From Bryobacterales bacterium (GTDB lineage Bacteria; Acidobacteriota; Terriglobia; Bryobacterales; UBA6623), in the NCBI GenBank assembly GCA_963422375.2, contig OY729427.2, forward strand, positions 1,382,211 to 1,446,210: a stretch of DNA of 64,000 nucleotides. The letters run 5' to 3'. Below the pieces are notes generated by a model that ran no database searches, had not been told where the DNA came from, and saw only the letters and a program-made list of their open reading frames with translations. Position 1 is the stretch's first letter. Each line of letters begins with the position of its first letter. Position numbers and translations under genes: made by a program. Positions 1-8,846 of this stretch are shown piece after piece.

Positions 1-1
1 G

Positions 2-184
2 ACGGTCAGGGTGAGCTTGGCAGCCCGAACCCGGGGAGCCTCGCTGGGTTTCCGGCTCGTCGCAGGCGACGGCCGCTGGCTGCCCTACACGGGCGAGATC
101 GTTCTCGGGCGAGGGCAGGCGCTGGAAGCGATCTCCCAGCGCCTCGGATTCGCGCCCAGCGCCGTCGTTGCCGTCAGCAACTGA
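2..184 (+). CDS. 3' end of an unidentified CDS entering from upstream of the window
   Basis: The frame is open from the window edge to TGA at 182-184, with GC-rich third codon positions. The ~60 visible residues contain no recognisable motif. Confidence 0.3.
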   Translation, partial: TVRVSLAARTRGASLGFRLVAGDGRWLPYTGEIVLGRGQALEAISQRLGFAPSAVVAVSN

Positions 185-232
185 CGCTCCGCGCCCGCCG
201 TCAGACGGCGGGCGCGCCGTCCGGCCCGCCTG

Positions 233-1294
233 CTACGGCAGCGTCGGCTCCTCGATCCCGTACTCGACGTCCAGCGCCTTGAGGAATGCCATCAGGTCTT
301 CCTTCTCGGTATCGGACAGGTTGGCATTCTTGGCGTCGGCGAGGTTCTTCTCGTCCAGCCACTCGTTCTCCCTGCCGCCGTCGAGCATCAGGTCGACGGC
401 CTCTTCCAGCGTAGCCACGCTGCCGTCGTGGAAGTACGGGGCGGACTTGGAGATGTCGAAGAGGCTGGGCGTCTTGAACGCCCCGGTGTCCTCCTCGGCG
501 CCCGAGACCTTGGCGCGCCCCACGTCGGGACTCTCCGCGTCCATGCCGATACCGACATTGTGGTACTGCTTGTCGGCCAGCAAGCGGCCGTCGTGGCAGT
601 TGGTGCACTTGGCCTTCTCGGAGAAGATCGTCCAGCCCCTTAGTTCCTGCTCGTTCAAGGCCGCCTCGTTGCCGGCCATGTATTCGATGAAGCGAGAATT
701 CTCGGTGGTGGTCACGATGGTGCGCATGAAGGACGCCACCGCCAAGGACACGTTGTCGGGAGTCGCGGGTCCGCCGAAGACCGCCTCGAACTGGTCCGCG
801 TAGCCGGGAATTTCGTTGAGCTTGGCGCAGATATCGTCCATCGACGGCGCGCCGTCGTTGCCGGACGCGCCCATGTTGCCTCCGCTCCAAGCGCCCTGCA
901 CCTGCTTCTCGAGCGCCCCCGAGCGCCCGTCCCAGTACAGCGCGTCGTAGTAGCCCACGTTCCACATCGTCGGGGCGGCCCTAGTCAGCTGCTTGTCGAA
1001 CGCGCCCAAGGCCGTGGCACGGCCGTCGGTCAGGCCGTGTTCCTTGAGATGGCAGCCGTAGCAGGAGCGATTGCCGTCGCCGCTCAGACGCTCGTCGTAG
1101 TAGAGCTGCTTTCCGAGCGCGACCTTGGCCTCGGTCAGGGGATTGTCGGCGGGAACCACCATCTCCTCGTAGCCGGCGATTTCCGGCCAGGCCGGCGGCT
1201 GGGCCGAAGGTTCGGCCGGCGGCTCCCCGTCTCCTGTGCAGTGCAGCATGAGCAGCGACAGGGTCAGCGCAAGGCAGGCGTGCAATCGAGTCAT
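233..1294 (-). CDS. Di-haem cytochrome c peroxidase (CCP/MauG family)
   Basis: 353-aa ORF with two CxxCH haem-binding motifs (CYGCH and CTNCH) and an N-terminal signal or lipoprotein-like leader. The length is typical of bacterial CCPs. Confidence 0.9.
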   Translation of the reverse strand: MTRLHACLALTLSLLMLHCTGDGEPPAEPSAQPPAWPEIAGYEEMVVPADNPLTEAKVALGKQLYYDERLSGDGNRSCYGCHLKEHGLTDGRATALGAFDKQLTRAAPTMWNVGYYDALYWDGRSGALEKQVQGAWSGGNMGASGNDGAPSMDDICAKLNEIPGYADQFEAVFGGPATPDNVSLAVASFMRTIVTTTENSRFIEYMAGNEAALNEQELRGWTIFSEKAKCTNCHDGRLLADKQYHNVGIGMDAESPDVGRAKVSGAEEDTGAFKTPSLFDISKSAPYFHDGSVATLEEAVDLMLDGGRENEWLDEKNLADAKNANLSDTEKEDLMAFLKALDVEYGIEEPTLP

Positions 1295-1464
1295 TCCAGG
1301 ATCTCCTCAGGCGCGCGGCCCGGCGGTCGGAGTCCGGTACCGCGCACGGGGCCATTATACTTGCCCGCCAAGCCGCCACCGAACGGGCAATCGCGCACCC
1401 GGCCGAGACGCGCGGACTGTCGAAGACCTAGGCCGGCGCGGCGCGAACCCGCATGCAGGGCGGG

Positions 1465-3108
1465 CTAGAGCGAAGGCACCGGGCGCGTCTCGGATCCGAA
1501 CAGGAATTCGCTGGCCCGAGCGAGCTCGCCGGGAGGCGGACGGACGACGCGGGGACGCACCAGGACCAGAAGCTCCCGACGGCTCCAGCGACGCTCGTTC
1601 CGCCGAAACAGCGCGCCGAGCCACGGGATCTGTCGCAGACCCGCCAGCCCGCCCGAAAGCCTCCGGCGCTCGTAGACCGCGGTCCCGGAGACGATCGCGA
1701 ACTCGCCCGTCCGCAGGCGGACCCGCGACTGGAACTCGCGGTTGCCCAGAACTGGAACGCCGTTGACCGCTCCCCCGGCAAGAAACTTGAAGCTCGCCTC
1801 CAGCAGCAGCGTGACCTCGGCCGAGCTGTGGATCAGCGGCGTGACCGAAAGCACCAAGCCGAGATCCTGGAAGGTGATGCTCGGGGGCGGCTGGACGTAG
1901 CCCTCGCCCCTGGGCCGCGACCCGCCAGAGGAGTACTGCGCGGTCGCGATCGGATAGCTCTCCCCGACCTTGAAGTCGGCCTTCGCGCCGTGCAGGCTCC
2001 GGACCTGCGCGTTGCGGAGCGACTCCGCCGCGCTGGCGTCGAGGCGGGCCTCGAGCGATGCATCGCCGACGGTCAACCCGAGCAGCGTGTCGCCCCCGCC
2101 GACAGCGATCAGCCTCGCCGTTCCGGCGGCACCGGGCGTCGCACCGAAGAGAGTGCTGAGGTTCGCGACCGGGAAGCTCGCGGGCAGGTCGATTCCCGCG
2201 CGAACCTGTCGCGATCTCGCGACGGTCAGCAGCCGGATATCAAGGATCGCCGCGGCGGGCGGGTGCAGGAGATCCCCGAGCAGCAGGCGCGCCATGTCCA
2301 CCTTGGACACTGTGTCCCGCAAGAGGACGCCCCCCGCCGAGGTCGGGGCCTGCAGCCGCCGGATATCGAGGACCTGCTGCACGGCCTGGCTGACCTGGGC
2401 CACGTCCTCGGGCGTGAACGCGCCGTCGATGGGAATCTTGGCGAAAGCGGCGGTCTCGAGCTCCGCCCGGCGGTCGCTGCTGTCGGTCGCGACCAGCAGG
2501 ACGTCGTCGCCTAGCGGCACGGCGAAGGCCCTGCCGAGTTCGCCTAGGGCTCTCATCACGCACAGGAAGCCGCATTCCGAGAGATCCGCGCGAATCCGCC
2601 GGTCGGCGTCGAAATCCTCGTGGAAGACCACCCGCACCCCGAACTCCGCGACCGCCTCCGCGTAGGCCTCGCGGAGCGAGCCGCGGAACTGAAAGGACGC
2701 CGCGTGGCCGGCATAGCGCAGCCGCCTGGGCCGGGTGATCGCCGGCGTGCGACCGGGAGCGGGCGCCGCGCCTGCGTCGCCGGCGTTCCGCCGCTCGCCT
2801 GCGAGCCGCTCGAACTCCCACGAGTCGGGGGCCATCTCGATGGCCGCCCGGTGCTCTCCGGCGGCAGCCAGCAGCTGGGCGGCCTGCCGTCTGACGCGAC
2901 CGGCGGCGCGAGCGTACTCGAGCCGCGCCGGATCCAGCGCGCGGGCGCGGCTGTACAGCAGGTACGCCTCGACGTGGCGCCCCTGCCTGCTGGCGCGGTT
3001 CGCCTTCCGGAACAGGTCGTCCGCCGCGCTGCCCGCGAGCGCCGCCGGAACCATGAGCAGCGCCGCCAAAGCGGCGCGAGCGAGTCGGCGCGAGGCAGCC
3101 CCCATCAA
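1465..3108 (-). CDS. Secretin-family outer-membrane protein (type II/III secretion secretin domain) with an N-terminal TPR-like segment
   Basis: 547-aa ORF with a signal peptide (ALLMVPAALAGSA) and a TPR-like stretch (GRHVEAYLLYSRARALDP). The C-terminus carries the secretin signature (...GLRQIPWLGALFRRNERRWSRRELLVLVRPRVV). Confidence 0.8.
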   Translation of the reverse strand: MMGAASRRLARAALAALLMVPAALAGSAADDLFRKANRASRQGRHVEAYLLYSRARALDPARLEYARAAGRVRRQAAQLLAAAGEHRAAIEMAPDSWEFERLAGERRNAGDAGAAPAPGRTPAITRPRRLRYAGHAASFQFRGSLREAYAEAVAEFGVRVVFHEDFDADRRIRADLSECGFLCVMRALGELGRAFAVPLGDDVLLVATDSSDRRAELETAAFAKIPIDGAFTPEDVAQVSQAVQQVLDIRRLQAPTSAGGVLLRDTVSKVDMARLLLGDLLHPPAAAILDIRLLTVARSRQVRAGIDLPASFPVANLSTLFGATPGAAGTARLIAVGGGDTLLGLTVGDASLEARLDASAAESLRNAQVRSLHGAKADFKVGESYPIATAQYSSGGSRPRGEGYVQPPPSITFQDLGLVLSVTPLIHSSAEVTLLLEASFKFLAGGAVNGVPVLGNREFQSRVRLRTGEFAIVSGTAVYERRRLSGGLAGLRQIPWLGALFRRNERRWSRRELLVLVRPRVVRPPPGELARASEFLFGSETRPVPSL

Positions 3109-3200
3109 ACTCAGGACGCTTGGGCGGGCATGGCCGTGGAAGGCGGTCGCCGAGCTCCCTAGCCCGAGGAGCTACGGGTCGCTCGCAGGGACGGGCGTCA

Positions 3201-3290
3201 TGGCGGAGGAAGAGGGATTCGAACCCCCGAGACCCTTTCGAGCCTTGCGGTTTTCAAGACCGCCGCCTTCAACCACTCGGCCATTCCTCC
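3201..3290 (-). tRNA. tRNA-Ser (anticodon UGA), class II with a long variable arm and encoded CCA
   Basis: The reverse complement reads GGAGGAATGGCCGAGTGGTTGAAGGCGGCGGTCTTGAAAACCGCAAGGCTCGAAAGGGTCTCGGGGGTTCGAATCCCTCTTCCTCCGCCA. It has a 7-bp acceptor stem, a GTGGTT D-loop, an anticodon loop CTTGAAA, a TTCGAAT T-loop and a long extra arm. Confidence 0.9.
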
Positions 3291-3361
3291 GTCCCCGCTC
3301 AGCGTAGCAGGCGGTCGGCGAGCCCGGCAGCCGAGGCGCGGGAGGTATACGCTGAAATTGA

Positions 3362-4138
3362 ATGCCAGCCCGACTGCAGGGGAGGATAGCGCTGGTGACC
3401 GGCGCGGCCGGAGGGATCGGATCTGCGATCGTCCGGAAGTTCGTCGCCGAGGGGGCGACGGTCGTGGCGAACGACACCACCCTCGCCGAGGGCTCGCCTC
3501 TGGCCCGGGTCGTCAGCGAAGGCGGCGGGCAGGTGGTCGGGCATGCCGCCGACCACGCGCGGGAGCCGGAAGTCGCCTCGATGATTGAGCGCGTGCGAGA
3601 GCTGTTCGGCACGCTGGACATCCTCGTGAACAACGCCTTCGCGTCGTTCAACGACAAGGCTATCGCGGACCTCGAGGAAGCCGACTGGAATCGCACCATC
3701 GACGCGTGCCTCAAGGGCCCGTTCCTCTCCACCAAGCATGCCGTGCCGCTGATGCAGGCGGCGAACCGGGGCAGCATCGTGACCATCTCCAGCGTCAACG
3801 CCCTGCGCGCCGTGAGCGAGACGGCCTACACCGCCGCGAAGGGCGGGCTGATCTCGATGATGCGGCTCGTGGCCGCGGACTACGCCCGCTGGAACATCCG
3901 GTCCAACGTGATCTGCCCGGGCACGGTCGCCACGCAGGCGTCGATGTCCTACTGGGAGAGGTTCCCGGCCGGTTTCGAGACGCTGCTCGGCCTGTACCCG
4001 CTCGGGCGCATCGGGGAGCCGGAGGACATCGCGGACTACGCGCTGTTCCTCGCCTCGGACGAGTCGCGCTGGGTCACCGGGACGGTGCATGCCGTCGACG
4101 GCGGCCTCATGGGCGGGACCAGGCTGGAGACCGTCTGA
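3362..4138 (+). CDS. SDR-family oxidoreductase (short-chain dehydrogenase/reductase)
   Basis: 258 aa with the TGAAGGIG cofactor motif, NNAF, and a YxxxK-type catalytic region (YTAAKGG). Confidence 0.9.
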   Translation: MPARLQGRIALVTGAAGGIGSAIVRKFVAEGATVVANDTTLAEGSPLARVVSEGGGQVVGHAADHAREPEVASMIERVRELFGTLDILVNNAFASFNDKAIADLEEADWNRTIDACLKGPFLSTKHAVPLMQAANRGSIVTISSVNALRAVSETAYTAAKGGLISMMRLVAADYARWNIRSNVICPGTVATQASMSYWERFPAGFETLLGLYPLGRIGEPEDIADYALFLASDESRWVTGTVHAVDGGLMGGTRLETV

Positions 4139-4167
4139 ACCCGGCCTTTGCTAGACTCCCCAAGGCC

Positions 4168-4764
4168 GTGCGCCGCGGAGTCATAGCGAGCCTAGCCGTC
4201 GCGGCGGCCCTCGGCGGGGCCGCATGCGACTTCGCGCCGTCTGGCGCGGAGCCCTCTCCCGCCGGCCGGGCGCCGGGCGCCGGCGTGCTAAGCGACCGGC
4301 TGGCGGAGGCCGCGCTCGCGGGCAACCGGAGAGCGGTGGAAGCCATGCTGCCCGACGCGGACGTCAACGCCAAGGACACGGGCGGCCGGACCATGCTGAT
4401 GCTCGCAGCCTACGACGGGCACGCGGACACCGTGCGGCTGCTCTGCGAGAGCAAGGCCGACCCCAACCTGATGGACCCGAGCCGCCGCACGGCGCTGATG
4501 TATGCCGCGTCGGGGCCCAATGCATCGACCGTCGAAATCCTCCTCGCCCACGGCGCGCAGGTCAACCTCATCGACGGAGAGGAAGGCTGGACCGCGCTGA
4601 TGTTCGCCTCGGCGGAGGGCCACGCGGATATCGTGCGCATGCTCCTCGCGGAGGGGGCCGATCCCGATCTCATGGACATCGACGGCGAATCGGCTCTGAC
4701 CTTCGCTAGCAACAACGGCCACGACAGCGTGGTCGAGATCCTAAGCGGATCCCGCGCGCGGTGA
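4168..4764 (+). CDS. Ankyrin-repeat lipoprotein
   Basis: GTG start at 4168, in the same frame as the longer ORF 3706..4764, which I trimmed because it overlaps the SDR gene. It has a lipobox-like LGGAAC and three or four ankyrin repeats (GRTMLMLAAYDGHADTVRLL, RTALMYAA, WTALMFASAEGHADIVRML, ESALTFASNNGHDSVVEIL). Confidence 0.8.
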   Translation: MRRGVIASLAVAAALGGAACDFAPSGAEPSPAGRAPGAGVLSDRLAEAALAGNRRAVEAMLPDADVNAKDTGGRTMLMLAAYDGHADTVRLLCESKADPNLMDPSRRTALMYAASGPNASTVEILLAHGAQVNLIDGEEGWTALMFASAEGHADIVRMLLAEGADPDLMDIDGESALTFASNNGHDSVVEILSGSRAR

Positions 4765-5915
4765 ATCGCGGGCCGTCACTCCCAGCGGCCCTGGCCGTGG
4801 CTTTCCGGCCGGCCGCGCGGCTGCTCCTGTGCGCGGCGGCAGCGCTGCCGGGCGCGCCGGCCCACGAGTTCGAGATCACGCCGGTGACGGTCGTGATCAC
4901 CGGAGACGGCGGGTTCCAAGCCGATGTCGGCCTGGACGCCGACGCCCTCGCGCTCGGGCTGCCGCTAGAGACGGACGCCGAGCGCGTCGCCCGGGGCATG
5001 CGGGACCTGCCGTCCGCGGCATTCGGCGCGGCCGTGGAGAGGGCCCGCGCTGCCGTGCGGCACGACATACGAATCGCGTTCGACGGCGCGCCCGCGGCCT
5101 TCGAGGTCTCCTTCCCGCATCTCGGCACGCCCGCCGCGAACCGGGCCGATCCCCCCACGGTGCTGGGCACGCTCGCGCGCCTGCACGGAAGCGTGCCCGA
5201 GGGGGCCGCGGCGATCAGCTTTCGGGCGCCGACTCGATACAAGACGGTGTCGCTGCGACTCGTGGCGCCGGGCCGTGCGGAGCCGCTGGTCGCCCTGCTC
5301 GAGGCCGGCGCGGCCGGACCGCCGCTCAATCTGGACGAGACGTCAGGCACGGGCCGCGGCAGGGGAGTCCTGCTGGACTACCTCGGTCTCGGCTTCAGGC
5401 ACATCGTGCCCGATGGCCTCGACCATATCCTGTTCGTCCTAGGGCTCTTCCTGCTGAGCGCCCGAGCGCGGCCGCTGCTCTACCAAGTCACGGCGTTCAC
5501 GGTCGCCCACTCGGTGACGCTCGCGCTGTCGATGCAGGGCATCGTGTCCCTGCCGGAGCGCCTGGTCGAGACGCTGATCGCTCTGTCGATCTGCTGGATC
5601 GCCGTCGAGAACATCGCGACCTCGAAGCTGCAGCCCTGGAGAGTGGCGCTGGTGTTCTGCTTCGGCCTGCTGCACGGCCTCGGCTTCGCGGGCGCCCTGG
5701 GCGAGCTCGGCCTCCCCGAAGGGCGCTTCCTCGCCGCCTTGGCCGGGTTCAACGCGGGGGTGGAGCTGGGCCAGCTCGCCGTCGTAGGGCTGGCGCTCGC
5801 CCTCGCGGGCCGCTTCCGGCACCTGCCGGGCTACCGCCGCTGGGTGACCGTCCCGTGCTCGGTCGCGATCGCGGCAGCCGGCGCGTGGTGGTCGCTGACG
5901 CGGGCGCTCGGGTAG
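4761..5915 (+). CDS. HupE/UreJ-family membrane protein with a ~190-aa N-terminal extracytoplasmic extension
   Basis: The C-terminal half matches the HupE/UreJ_2 pattern (HILFVLGLFLL, AFTVAHSVTLAL, LLHGLGFAGALGE, GVELGQLAV). The start overlaps the ankyrin gene stop in GTGA. Confidence 0.75.
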   Translation: MNRGPSLPAALAVAFRPAARLLLCAAAALPGAPAHEFEITPVTVVITGDGGFQADVGLDADALALGLPLETDAERVARGMRDLPSAAFGAAVERARAAVRHDIRIAFDGAPAAFEVSFPHLGTPAANRADPPTVLGTLARLHGSVPEGAAAISFRAPTRYKTVSLRLVAPGRAEPLVALLEAGAAGPPLNLDETSGTGRGRGVLLDYLGLGFRHIVPDGLDHILFVLGLFLLSARARPLLYQVTAFTVAHSVTLALSMQGIVSLPERLVETLIALSICWIAVENIATSKLQPWRVALVFCFGLLHGLGFAGALGELGLPEGRFLAALAGFNAGVELGQLAVVGLALALAGRFRHLPGYRRWVTVPCSVAIAAAGAWWSLTRALG

Positions 5916-5964
5916 CGCGGGCCCGCGGAGACGCCCCGAAACTGCTCTGAAGTAGACTCGGGGA

Positions 5965-6954
5965 GTGTTCAAAGTCTGGACCGAGCGGCCCCTCCTGCCG
6001 GACTGCGTCCCCTTGCTGGAAGGCATTGCCGAGCCCGTAGGACCGGGGGCGGCGACCCCGGACAACTTCCTCGCAGCGTTCCCGGAGGCCGATTGCGTCC
6101 TCGCCGGCGGCATGCGCTACGACGGTCCGCTGATGGACCGAGCCCCAAGCCTGCTCGTGATCTCGAGAATGGGCATCGGCTACGAGAATGTCGACGTCCG
6201 GGCGGCTACCGAGCGCGGAATCGCCGTGACCTACACGCCGGACGGACCCACCATCGCTACCGCCGAGCACGCAATAGCGCTCATGCTCGCCGTCGCCAAG
6301 GACCTCAAAAAGGCCTCGCAAGGGCTGGTCCACGACCGCCGACCCGACCATTACGGGCGGCACTCCGCCGTCGAGATCTTCGAGGCGCGCGTCGGCCTCG
6401 TGGGCCTGGGAAGGATCGGATCGCGGGTGGCCCGTATCCTGACGGCGGCCGGCGCGAGCGTGGCGGCGTACGATCCCTACATCGACGACGCCAAGGCCGC
6501 GGAGCTGGGTGCCCGGCGCGCCCCCTCGCTCGATCGCCTGCTGGGCGAGTCCGATATCGTTTCGCTGCACTTGCCCTTGAACCCGTCCACGCGCCGCCTC
6601 ATCGGACCCAGAACCTTGGCCCTGATGAAGCCGGGAGCAATCCTGATCAATGTCTCCCGAGGCGGGCTCGTCGACGAAGCGGCCCTCCTAGAGGCGCTGA
6701 ACAGCGGCCGCCTGCGCGGCGCAGGGCTTGACGTCACCGACCCCGAACCGGCGGCGGCGGACAGCCCGCTGCTGCACCGCAACGACGTGATCGTGACGCC
6801 TCACGTGGGATCGGCCACCTACGCGGGCAAGCGGAGAATCCTGTCGATGGCGATCGAGAACCTCGGGCTGGCGCTGCGGCGCGAGAGACCGCGGCATCTG
6901 CTCAATCCGGACGCCTGGGAGTCCCTGGCCGAGCGGGTCGCGCGCCGGTCCTAG
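5965..6954 (+). CDS. D-isomer-specific 2-hydroxyacid dehydrogenase family protein (PGDH/glyoxylate reductase-like)
   Basis: 329 aa with the NAD-binding motif GLVGLGRIGSRVA, plus INVSRGGLVDEAAL and PHVGSAT. Confidence 0.9.
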   Translation: MFKVWTERPLLPDCVPLLEGIAEPVGPGAATPDNFLAAFPEADCVLAGGMRYDGPLMDRAPSLLVISRMGIGYENVDVRAATERGIAVTYTPDGPTIATAEHAIALMLAVAKDLKKASQGLVHDRRPDHYGRHSAVEIFEARVGLVGLGRIGSRVARILTAAGASVAAYDPYIDDAKAAELGARRAPSLDRLLGESDIVSLHLPLNPSTRRLIGPRTLALMKPGAILINVSRGGLVDEAALLEALNSGRLRGAGLDVTDPEPAAADSPLLHRNDVIVTPHVGSATYAGKRRILSMAIENLGLALRRERPRHLLNPDAWESLAERVARRS

Positions 6955-6989
6955 CCTCCCGGCGAGCGGGCCCGGCGGCGTCTGCTACC

Positions 6990-7823
6990 TTGATCCAAGG
7001 TCGGGGGCCCCGGCCCGACGTCGCGGCGCGGACGCAGCCCGTTCCAAGTCCATTGCGAGCCTGCGTCCTAGGCAGCGGATCCAGCGGCAACGCCACTTTC
7101 GTCGGCACCGACCGGGCGCGCGTCCTGTTCGACGCCGGGCTGAGCTGCAGGCAGATACAGCTGCGCCTGGCGGCGGTCGGCGAGGACTTCCGCTCGCTGG
7201 ACGCCGTGGTCGTCTCGCACGAGCACTCCGACCACGTCAAGGGCCTCGAAGTGCTGGCCCGCAAGACGGGGGTCCGGATCTACATGACCCGGCTGACGGC
7301 GATGGCCGTGGCTTGGAAAGGTGCCGCGCCGGAGATCTCGCCGTTCGAGGCCGGTCGCGAGATCGCGGTCGGCGATCTCGAGATCTCGACGTTCACCGTC
7401 TCGCACGACGCCGTCGATCCTGTCGCCTTCGGCGTCCGGCGCAACGGTCGCAAGCTCTCGATCGTGACCGATCTCGGGTACCTGACCGACTCGGTCCGAT
7501 ACCACGTGGCGGCTTCCGACCTGCTCGTGCTCGAGTCGAACCACGACCTCGAGATGCTGAAGGCGGGCCCGTATCCGTGGGAGGTCAAGCAGCGCGTGCT
7601 GAGCAAGAGCGGCCATCTGTCCAACGCGGCCGCGTGCAAGTTCCTAGCCACGGACTGGGACCGCCGCTCGCGCAGGATCGTGCTGGCTCACCTCAGCGGC
7701 AACAACAACAACCCGGCGATCGCCGAGATGGACGCCCGGGAGGCGCTCTCCTCCGCCGGAGCGAGGGCGACCGAGGTCTGCGTCGCCACCCAGCACGCGC
7801 CGACACCGGCCTTCGACGTGTAA
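6990..7823 (+). CDS. MBL-fold metallo-hydrolase (YycJ/PhnP-like)
   Basis: Motifs LGSGSSGN and the HxHxDH motif (SHEHSDHVKG). The start is uncertain: TTG at 6990 or TTG at 7053. Confidence 0.85.
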   Translation: MIQGRGPRPDVAARTQPVPSPLRACVLGSGSSGNATFVGTDRARVLFDAGLSCRQIQLRLAAVGEDFRSLDAVVVSHEHSDHVKGLEVLARKTGVRIYMTRLTAMAVAWKGAAPEISPFEAGREIAVGDLEISTFTVSHDAVDPVAFGVRRNGRKLSIVTDLGYLTDSVRYHVAASDLLVLESNHDLEMLKAGPYPWEVKQRVLSKSGHLSNAAACKFLATDWDRRSRRIVLAHLSGNNNNPAIAEMDAREALSSAGARATEVCVATQHAPTPAFDV

Positions 7824-7841
7824 AGGAGACGCCATGAGTGG

Positions 7842-8819
7842 CTAGCGCTGCGCTCGGGCGCCGACCGCATCCTCGTGCGACACCCGGGACCAGCTCGGAA
7901 GCGGCGCGGGCGGCAGCCCTAGGGCAGCCGCCGCGGAAGCATGCATCGCGAATGCCTGCAGCGCGAAAACCGGGAAGGCCAAGTACGCCAGCGCAGGCCA
8001 TTCGACGACTTTCGCCCCGAACGGAAGGCTGGCAATGCAGTAGAGCCGGGCCGACGCCGCGTGGTTGAGGCAGTCGGCGACCAAGCCGCAGAACAGCCCG
8101 GACGCCATCAGCGCCACGGCCCGGGCACGGCCGCCGGCCAGCCAGTCGCCCCAGAGGCTCGGGCGCCCCCCAGCCGCGTTGACAGGGTCGAGGACCAGCA
8201 GGAAGCCCGCCGCCGCCGCCGGCAGGAGACGCTCGCCCAAGTCGAGGCGCGGGACCAGCAGCGGCAAAGCCAAGCACGCGACGCCAGTCGCGACGACAGG
8301 CACCGTCCACGCCCGCCGAGGCGCGCGACGCGAGCTCCCCGTCGGCGGTCTCCGCCCCGCCAGCGCCAGCAGCAGGTCGGCCGTCTCGAACAGAGCAGGC
8401 CACAGGCAGGCGAAGGACCAGCCGAGCACCAGGTAGCGGGCCGGCCCTGACGGCAGGCCCGCCCGATACCATCCCCCGAGTTGCAGGTTGTACCACTCGA
8501 AGGGGAGCCAGAGGAAGACCGACAGCGTCGCGAGCCAGACGAACACCTCCGGCCGCGTCCGCAGCAAGGAACGGCCGCGCAAGGCATGCACTGCGGAGTC
8601 GGCCGCGAGGACGAGGCCGCTCCAAGCCAGCGGCACCGTCGGCGCCGGCGCGGCCGCGGGGCTCGCGAGAATCGCCGCGCAGCCCGCGAACGCTGCCAGG
8701 CCCGCCCAGCCCGGCCACCCGAACGGGCGGCGACGCTCCGCCCGCAGACAGGCCGCGAGCAGCAAGACGGCGCACAAAGCCGCCGCCGTCAGTCCGATCA
8801 CAGGCACCGTACGATACAT
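7842..8819 (-). CDS. Polytopic integral membrane protein of unknown function
   Basis: About 325 aa with multiple hydrophobic segments and GC-rich third positions. I recognise no family motif. An alternative start lies at 8852. Confidence 0.55.
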   Translation of the reverse strand: MYRTVPVIGLTAAALCAVLLLAACLRAERRRPFGWPGWAGLAAFAGCAAILASPAAAPAPTVPLAWSGLVLAADSAVHALRGRSLLRTRPEVFVWLATLSVFLWLPFEWYNLQLGGWYRAGLPSGPARYLVLGWSFACLWPALFETADLLLALAGRRPPTGSSRRAPRRAWTVPVVATGVACLALPLLVPRLDLGERLLPAAAAGFLLVLDPVNAAGGRPSLWGDWLAGGRARAVALMASGLFCGLVADCLNHAASARLYCIASLPFGAKVVEWPALAYLAFPVFALQAFAMHASAAAALGLPPAPLPSWSRVSHEDAVGARAQR

Positions 8820-8846
8820 TCTGGGCGGACGAGCCGGCCCGGTTCG

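Noticed and set aside
3706-4167. The N-terminal 150-codon extension of the ankyrin ORF, which overlaps the SDR gene.
   Set aside because: The extension is out of frame with, and fully inside, the strongly supported SDR CDS. A GTG at 4168 followed by a lipoprotein-type leader gives a sensible start.
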